DNA of 64,000 nucleotides, taken from assembly GCA_964247055.1 (NCBI GenBank), contig OZ176054.1, forward strand, positions 620,001 through 684,000. The letters are read 5' to 3'. This stretch comes from Paragordius varius (Eukaryota > Animalia > Nematomorpha). The notes below the pieces were generated by a model that ran no database searches, was not told the origin of the DNA, and was given only the letters and a program-made list of their open reading frames with translations. Each line of letters starts with the position of its first letter. The first letter of the stretch is position 1. The translations under genes were made by a program, and so were the position numbers. Shown one piece after another: positions 55,601 to 64,000 of the stretch.

Positions 55601-58600
55601 GATGCGACTGGTTTAATACCATAATTTTTAAAGTATGTTGAAATCGGATATGAAAGAGTTTGTCAAACTATCTCTATATTTTGATGTAGTCTTACTAAGA
55701 GAATGTATAAAAAATAGTTTTGTTCACCGGTGACCAATATCCGATTTTTAAGGACAAAGTTTAACTTGAGTATTGATGCGACTGGTTTAATACCATAATT
55801 TTTAAAGTATCGTTGTAAAAATCGGATATGAAAAAGTTTGTCAAACTATCCCTATATTTTGATGTAGTCTTACTAAGAGAATGTATAAAAAATAATTTTG
55901 TTGACCGGTGACCAATATCCGATTATTAAGGACAAAGTTTAACTTGAGTATTGATGCGATTTATTGATACGACTTTTTATACATTAATTTTTAAAGTATC
56001 GTTGTAAAAATCGGATATGAAAGAGTTTGTCAAACTATCTCTATATTTTGATGTAGTCTTGCTAAGAGAATATATAAAAAATAATTTTGTTCACCGGTGA
56101 CCAATATCCGATTTTTAAGGACAAAGTTTATTTTGAGTATTGATGCGACTAGTTTAATACATTAATTTTTAAAGTATCGTTGTAAAAATCGGATATGAAA
56201 GAGTTTGTCAAACTATTTCTATATTTTGATGTAGTCTTACTAAGAGAATGTATAAAAAATAATTTTGTTCACCGGTGACCAATATTCGATTTTTAAGGAC
56301 AAAGTTTAACTTGAGTATTGATGCGACTAGTTTAACACATTAATTTTTAAAGTATCGTTGTAAAAATCGGATATGAAAGAGTTTGTCAAACTATCTCTAT
56401 ATTTTGATGTAGTCTTACTAAGAGAATGTATAAAAAATAATTTTGTTCACCGGTGACCAATATCCGATTTTTAAGGACAAAGTTTAACTTGAGTATTGAT
56501 GCGATTTATTGATACGACTAGTTTTATACATTAATTTTTAAAGTATCGATGTAAAAATCGGATATGAAAGAGTTTGTCAAACTATCTCTATATTTTGATG
56601 TAGTCTTACTAAGAGAATGTATAAAAAATAATTTTGTTCACCGGTGACCAATATTCGATTTTTAAGGACAAAGTTTATTTTGAGTATTGATGCGACTAGT
56701 TTAATACATTAATTTTTAAAGTATCGTTGTAAAAATCGGATATGAAAGAGTTTGTCAAACTATCTCTATATTTTGATGTAGTCTTACTAAGAGAATGTAT
56801 AAAAAATAATTTTGTTCACCGGTGACCAATATCCGATTTTTAAGGACAAAGTTTAACTTGAGTATTGATGCGACTGGTTTAATACCATAATTTTAAAAGT
56901 ATCGTTGAAATCGGATATGAAAGAGTTTGTCAAACTATCTCTATATTTTGATGTAGTCTTACTAAGAAAATGTATAAAAAATAATTTTGTTCATATCCGA
57001 TTTTTAAGGACAAAGTTTAACTTGAGTATTGATGCGACTAGTTTAACACATTAATTTTTAAAGTATCGTTGTAAAAATCGGATATGAAAGAGTTTGTCAA
57101 ACTATCTCTATATTTTGATGTAGTCTTACTAAGAGAATGTATAAAAAATAATTTTGTTCACCGGTGACCAATATTCGACTTTTAAGGCCAAAGTTTATTT
57201 TGAGTATTGATGCGACTAGTTTAATACATTAATTTTTAAAGTATCGTTGTAAAAATCGGATATGAAAGAGTTTGTCAAACTATCTCTATATTTTGATGTA
57301 GTCTTACTAAGAGAATGTATAAAAAATAATTTTGTTCACCGGTGACCAATATCCGATTTTTAAGGACAAAGTTTAATTTGAGTATTGATGCGACTAGTTT
57401 AATACATTAATTTTTAAAGTATCGTTGTAAAAATTCGATATGAAAGAGTTTGTCAAACTATCTCTATATTTTGTTGTAGTCTTACTAAAAGAATGTATAA
57501 AAAATAGTTTTGTTCACCGGTGACCAATATCCGATTTTTAAGGACAAAGTTTAACTTGAGTATTGATGCGACTGGTTTAATACCATAATTTTTAAAGTAT
57601 GTTGAAATCGGATATGAAAGAGTTTGTCAAACTATCTCTATATTTTGATGTAGTCTTACTAAGAGAATGTATAAAAAATAATTTTGTTCACCGGTGACCA
57701 ATATCCGATTTTTAAGGACAAAGTTTAATTTGAGTATTGATGCGACTAGTTTAATACATTAATTTTTAAAGTATCGTTGTAAAAATTCGATATGAAAGAG
57801 TTTGTCAAACTATCTCTATATTTTGATGTAGTCTTACTAAGAGAATGTATAAAAAATAGTTTTGTTCACCGGTGACCAATATCCGATTTTTAAGGACAAA
57901 GTTTAACTTGAGTATTGATGCGACTGGTTTAATACCATAATTTTTAAAGTATCGTTGTAAAAATCGGATATGAAAGAGTTTGTCAAACTATCTCTATATT
58001 TTGATGTAGTCTTGCTAAGAATGTATAAAAAATAGTTTTGTTCACCGGTGACCAATATCCGATTTTTAAGGACAAAGTTTAACTTGAGTATTGATGCGAC
58101 TGGTTTAATACCATAATTTTTAAAGTATCGTTGAAATCGGATATGAAAGAGTTTGTCAAACTATCTCCTATATTTTGATGTAGTCTGACTAAGAGAATGT
58201 ATAAAAAATAATTTTGTTCACCGGTGACCAATATCCGATTTTTAAGGACAAAGTTTAACTTGAGTATTGATGCGACTAGTTTAATACATTAATTTTTAAA
58301 GTATCGTTGTAAAAATCGGATATGAAAGAGTTTGTCAAACTATCTCTATATTTTGATGTAGTCTTACTAAGAAAATGTATAAAAAATAATTTTGTTCACC
58401 GGTGACCAATATCCGATTTTTAAGGACAAAGTTTAACTTGAGTATTGATGCGACTGGTTTAATACCATAATTTTTAAAGTATCGTTGAAATCGGATATGA
58501 AAGAGTTTGTCAAACTATCTCTATATTTTGATGTAATCTTACTAAGAGAATGTATAAAAAATAATTTTGTTCACCGGTGACCAATATCCGATTTTTAAGG

Positions 58601-58700
58601 ACAAAGTTTAACTTGAGTATTGATGCGATTTATTGATACGACTAGTTTTATACATTAATTTTTAAAGTATCGATGTAAAAATCGGATATGAAAGAGTTTG
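46608..58700 (+). repeat. Tandem duplication of a 6077-bp (34-monomer) super-unit
   Basis: The offset is 6077 for CTATCCCTATTTG (46730/52807), GTTCATATCCG (48951/55028) and GTAATCTT (52456/58533). Confidence 0.92.
47683..51610 (+). repeat. 11-mer HOR, 1964 bp, 2 tandem copies (two more at about 53.8-57.7 kb)
   Basis: The 11-bp deletion marker GTTCATATCCG occurs at 48951, 50915, 55028 and 56992 (spacings 1964, 4113, 1964). GACTTTTAAGGCC and TATGTTGAAA recur with it. Confidence 0.93.
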
Positions 58701-61500
58701 TCAAACTATCTCTATATTTTGATGTAGTCTTGCTAAGAGAATATATAAAAAATAATTTTGTTCACCGGTGACCAATATCCGATTTTTAAGGACAAAGTTT
58801 AATTTGAGTATTGATGCGACTAGTTTACTACCATAATTTTTAAAGTATCGTTGAAATCGGATATGAAAGAGTTTGTCAAACTATCTCCTATATTTTGATG
58901 TAGTCTGACTAAGAGAATGTATAAAAAATAATTTTGTTCACCGGTGACCAATATCCGATTTTTAAGGACAAAGTTTAACTTGAGTATTGATGCGACTAGT
59001 TTAATACATTAATTTTTAAAGTATCGTTGTAAAAATCGGATATGAAAGAGTTTGTCAAACTATCTCTATATTTTGATGTAGTCTTACTAAGAAAATGTAT
59101 AAAAAATAATTTTGTTCACCGGTGACCAATATCCGATTTTTAAGGACAAAGTTTAACTTGAGTATTGATGCGACTGGTTTAATACCATAATTTTTAAAGT
59201 ATCGTTGAAATCGGATATGAAAGAGTTTGTCAAACTATCTCTATATTTTGATGTAATCTTACTAAGAGAATGTATAAAAAATAATTTTGTTCACCGGTGA
59301 CCAATATCCGATTTTTAAGGACAAAGTTTAACTTGAGTATTGATGCGACTAGTTTAATACATTAATTTTTAAAGTATCGTTGTAAAAATCGGATATGAAA
59401 GAGTTTGTCAAACTATCTCTATATTTTGATGTAGTCTTACTAAGAAAATGTATAAAAAATAATTTTGTTCACCGGTGACCAATATCCGATTTTTAAGGAC
59501 AAAGTTTAACTTGAGTATTGATGCGACTGGTTTAATACCATAATTTTTAAAGTATCGTTGAAATCGGATATGAAAGAGTTTGTCAAACTATCTCTATATT
59601 TTGATGTAGTCTTACTAAGAAAATGTATAAAAAATAATTTTGTTCACCGGTGACCAATATCCGATTTTTAAGGACAAAGTTTAACTTGAGTATTGATGCG
59701 ACTGGTTTAATACCATAATTTTAAAAGTATCGTTGAAATCGGATATGAAAGAGTTTGTCAAACTATCTCTATATTTTGATGTAGTCTTACTAAGAAAATG
59801 TATAAAAAATAATTTTGTTCACCGGTGACCAATATCCGATTTTTAAGGACAAAGTTTAACTTGAGTATTGATGCGACTAGTTTAACACATTAATTTTTAA
59901 AGTATCGTTGTAAAAATCGGATATGAAAGAGTTTGTCAAACTATCTCTATATTTTGATGTAGTCTTACTAAGAGAATGTATAAAAAATAATTTTGTTCAC
60001 CGGTGACCAATATCCGATTTTTAAGGACAAAGTTTAATTTGAGTATTGATGCGACTAGTTTAATACATTAATTTTTAAAGTATCGTTGTAAAAATTCGAT
60101 ATGAAAGAGTTTGTCAAACTATCTCTATATTTTGTTGTAGTCTTACTAAAAGAATGTATAAAAAATAGTTTTGTTCACCGGTGACCAATATCCGATTTTT
60201 AAGGACAAAGTTTAACTTGAGTATTGATGCGACTGGTTTAATACCATAATTTTTAAAGTATGTTGAAATCGGATATGAAAGAGTTTGTCAAACTATCTCT
60301 ATATTTTGATGTAGTCTTACTAAGAGAATGTATAAAAAATAATTTTGTTCACCGGTGACCAATATCCGATTTTTAAGGACAAAGTTTAATTTGAGTATTG
60401 ATGCGACTAGTTTAATACATTAATTTTTAAAGTATCGTTGTAAAAATTCGATATGAAAGAGTTTGTCAAACTATCTCTATATTTTGATGTAGTCTTACTA
60501 AGAGAATGTATAAAAAATAGTTTTGTTCACCGGTGACCAATATCCGATTTTTAAGGACAAAGTTTAACTTGAGTATTGATGCGACTGGTTTAATACCATA
60601 ATTTTTAAAGTATCGTTGTAAAAATCGGATATGAAAGAGTTTGTCAAACTATCTCTATATTTTGATGTAGTCTTGCTAAGAATGTATAAAAAATAGTTTT
60701 GTTCACCGGTGACCAATATCCGATTTTTAAGGACAAAGTTTAACTTGAGTATTGATGCGACTGGTTTAATACCATAATTTTTAAAGTATCGTTGAAATCG
60801 GATATGAAAGAGTTTGTCAAACTATCTCCTATATTTTGATGTAGTCTGACTAAGAGAATGTATAAAAAATAATTTTGTTCACCGGTGACCAATATCCGAT
60901 TTTTAAGGACAAAGTTTAACTTGAGTATTGATGCGACTAGTTTAATACATTAATTTTTAAAGTATCGTTGTAAAAATCGGATATGAAAGAGTTTGTCAAA
61001 CTATCTCTATATTTTGATGTAGTCTTACTAAGAAAATGTATAAAAAATAATTTTGTTCACCGGTGACCAATATCCGATTTTTAAGGACAAAGTTTAACTT
61101 GAGTATTGATGCGACTGGTTTAATACCATAATTTTTAAAGTATCGTTGAAATCGGATATGAAAGAGTTTGTCAAACTATCTCTATATTTTGATGTAATCT
61201 TACTAAGAGAATGTATAAAAAATAATTTTGTTCACCGGTGACCAATATCCGATTTTTAAGGACAAAGTTTAACTTGAGTATTGATGCGATTTATTGATAC
61301 GACTAGTTTTATACATTAATTTTTAAAGTATCGATGTAAAAATCGGATATGAAAGAGTTTGTCAAACTATCTCTATATTTTGATGTAGTCTTGCTAAGAG
61401 AATATATAAAAAATAATTTTGTTCACCGGTGACCAATATCCGATTTTTAAGGACAAAGTTTAATTTGAGTATTGATGCGACTAGTTTACTACCATAATTT
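57336..61500 (+). repeat. Block duplication, offset 2661 bp (about 15 monomers), with an internal 720-bp 4-mer duplication near 58.1-59.3 kb
   Basis: AATTCGATATG (57434/60095) and GTAATCT (58533/61194) share the 2661 offset. An additional GTAATCT lies at 59253 (+720). Confidence 0.85.
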
Positions 61501-62145
61501 TTAAAGTATCGTTGTAAAAATCGGATATGAAAGAGTTTGTCAAACTATCTCTATATTTTGATGTAGTCTTACTAAGAGAATGTATAAAAAATAGTTTTGT
61601 TCACCGGTGACCAATATCCGATTTTTAAGGACAAAGTTTAACTTGAGTATTGATGCGACTGGTTTAATACCATAATTTTTAAAGTATCGTTGTAAAAATC
61701 GGATATGAAAAAGTTTGTCAAACTATCCCTATATTTTGATGTAGTCTTACTAAGAGAATGTATAAAAAATAATTTTGTTGACCGGTGACCAATATCCGAT
61801 TATTAAGGACAAAGTTTAACTTGAGTATTGATGCGATTTATTGATACGACTTTTTATACATTAATTTTTAAAGTATCGTTGTAAAAATCGGATATGAAAG
61901 AGTTTGTCAAACTATCTCTATATTTTGATGTAGTCTTGCTAAGAGAATATATAAAAAATAATTTTGTTCACCGGTGACCAATATCCGATTTTTAAGGACA
62001 AAGTTTATTTTGAGTATTGATGCGACTAGTTTAATACATTAATTTTTAAAGTATCGTTGTAAAAATCGGATATGAAAGAGTTTGTCAAACTATTTCTATA
62101 TTTTGATGTAGTCTTACTAAGAGAATGTATAAAAAATAATTTTGT

Positions 62146-63945
62146 TCACCGGTGACCAATATCCGATTTTTAAGGACAAAGTTTAACTTGAGTATTGATG
62201 CGATTTATTGATACGACTAGTTTTATACATTAATTTTTAAAGTATCGATGTAAAAATCGGATATGAAAGAGTTTGTCAAACTATCTCTATATTTTGATGT
62301 AGTCTTACTAAGAGAATGTATAAAAAATAATTTTGTTCACCGGCGACCAATATTCGATTTTTAAGGACAAAGTTTATTTTGAGTATTGATGCGACTAGTT
62401 TAATACATTAATTTTTAAAGTATCGTTGTAAAAATCGGATATGAAAGAGTTTGTCAAACTATCTCTATATTTTGATGTAGTCTTACTAAGAGAATGTATA
62501 AAAAATAATTTTGTTCACCGGTGACCAATATCCGATTTTTAAGGACAAAGTTTAACTTGAGTATTGATGCGACTGGTTTAATACCATAATTTTAAAAGTA
62601 TCGTTGAAATCGGATATGAAAGAGTTTGTCAAACTATCTCTATATTTTGATGTAGTCTTACTAAGAAAATGTATAAAAAATAATTTTGTTCACCGGTGAC
62701 CAATATCCGATTTTTAAGGACAAAGTTTAACTTGAGTATTGATGCGACTAGTTTAACACATTAATTTTTAAAGTATCGTTGTAAAAATCGGATATGAAAG
62801 AGTTTGTCAAACTATCTCTATATTTTGATGTAGTCTTGCTAAGAGAATGTATAAAAAATAATTTTGTTCACCGGTGACCAATATTCGATTTTTAAGGACA
62901 AAGTTTATTTTGAGTATTGATGCGACTAGTTTAATACATTAATTTTTAAAGTATCGTTGTAAAAATCGGATATGAAAGAGTTTGTCAAACTATCTCTATA
63001 TTTTGATGTAGTCTTACTAAGAGAATGTATAAAAAATAATTTTGTTCACCGGTGACCAATATCCGATTTTTAAGGACAAAGTTTAACTTGAGTATTGATG
63101 CGATTTATTGATACGACTAGTTTTATACATTAATTTTTAAAGTATCGATGTAAAAATCGGATATGAAAGAGTTTGTCAAACTATCTCTATATTTTGATGT
63201 AGTCTTACTAAGAGAATGTATAAAAAATAATTTTGTTCACCGGTGACCAATATTCGATTTTTAAGGACAAAGTTTATTTTGAGTATTGATGCGACTAGTT
63301 TAATACATTAATTTTTAAAGTATCGTTGTAAAAATCGGATATGAAAGAGTTTGTCAAACTATCTCTATATTTTGATGTAGTCTTACTAAGAGAATGTATA
63401 AAAAATAATTTTGTTCACCGGTGACCAATATCCGATTTTTAAGGACAAAGTTTAACTTGAGTATTGATGCGACTGGTTTAATACCATAATTTTAAAAGTA
63501 TCGTTGAAATCGGATATGAAAGAGTTTGTCAAACTATCTCTATATTTTGATGTAGTCTTACTAAGAAAATGTATAAAAAATAATTTTGTTCACCGGTGAC
63601 CAATATCCGATTTTTAAGGACAAAGTTTAACTTGAGTATTGATGCGACTAGTTTAACACATTAATTTTTAAAGTATCGTTGTAAAAATCGGATATGAAAG
63701 AGTTTGTCAAACTATCTCTATATTTTGATGTAGTCTTGCTAAGAGAATGTATAAAAAATAATTTTGTTCACCGGTGACCAATATTCGATTTTTAAGGACA
63801 AAGTTTATTTTGAGTATTGATGCGACTAGTTTAATACATTAATTTTTAAAGTATCGTTGTAAAAATCGGATATGAAAGAGTTTGTCAAACTATCTCTATA
63901 TTTTGATGTAGTCTTGCTAAGAGAATATATAAAAAATAATTTTGT
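62146..63945 (+). repeat. 5-mer HOR, 900 bp, 2 copies
   Basis: The sequence at 62581 and 63481 (ATAATTTTAAAAGTATCGTTGAAAT...) and its neighbours are near-identical at +900. Confidence 0.9.
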
Positions 63946-64000
63946 TCACCGGTGACCAATATCCGATTTTTAAGGACAAAGTTTATTTTGAGTATTGATG

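Larger units (their letters stand above)
1..64000 (+). repeat. Tandem satellite DNA array, 178-bp consensus monomer (common length variants about 167, 174-176, 178 and 188-191 bp), probably centromeric or pericentromeric
   Basis: TCACCGGTGACC recurs about every 178 bp from position 1 to the end of the window, always on the same strand, with no unique sequence in between. Monomers differ mainly by a limited set of shared substitutions and short indels. GC is about 29% (52/178, hand count). The centromeric interpretation is an inference from monomer length, AT richness and higher-order structure. Confidence 0.99.

Noticed and set aside
1-64000. CRISPR array
   Set aside because: There are no unique spacers; the whole 178-bp unit repeats, and no cas genes are present.
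1-64000. Intact MITE or transposon insertions
   Set aside because: The inverted repeats are internal to every monomer. There are no target-site duplications, transposase ORF or discrete boundaries; only an ancestral derivation is proposed.
1-64000. A single regular HOR covering the window
   Set aside because: Periods change from place to place (3 to 44 monomers), and I found none tandemly repeated more than about 3 times.

Overview
The whole 64 kb window is one uninterrupted, head-to-tail, single-orientation tandem satellite array of roughly 355 monomers (64,000 divided by about 180 bp). The consensus monomer is 178 bp and about 29% GC by my hand count: TCACCGGTGACCAATATCCGATTTTTAAGGACAAAGTTTAACTTGAGTATTGATGCGACT(G/A)GTTTAATAC(CA/AT)TAATTTTTAAAGTATCGTTGTAAAAATCGGATATGAAAGAGTTTGTCAAACTATCTCTATATTTTGATGTAGTCTTACTAAGAGAATGTATAAAAAATA(G/A)TTTTGT. 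It looks like eukaryotic centromeric or pericentromeric satellite DNA, but I cannot name the family or organism. I found no genes, RNA genes, CRISPR array or transposon insertions, and the single 60-aa ORF is a by-product of the repeat. The interesting content is structural. (1) The monomer is rich in dyad symmetry: a perfect 14-bp inverted repeat, a 10-bp palindrome and several smaller dyads. (2) A recurrent 3-bp deletion turns part of the monomer into a CENP-B-box-like 17-mer (up to 13/17 matches and 8/9 core positions), and this variant is confined to particular domains. (3) Higher-order repeats and block duplications are nested at 3, 4, 5, 8, 10, 11, 13, 15, 22, 34 and 44 monomers. (4) The array is layered, with a distinct central domain (about 24-44.5 kb) between two related flanks. 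All periods were measured by eye from shared diagnostic variants, so block boundaries are approximate to about one monomer.
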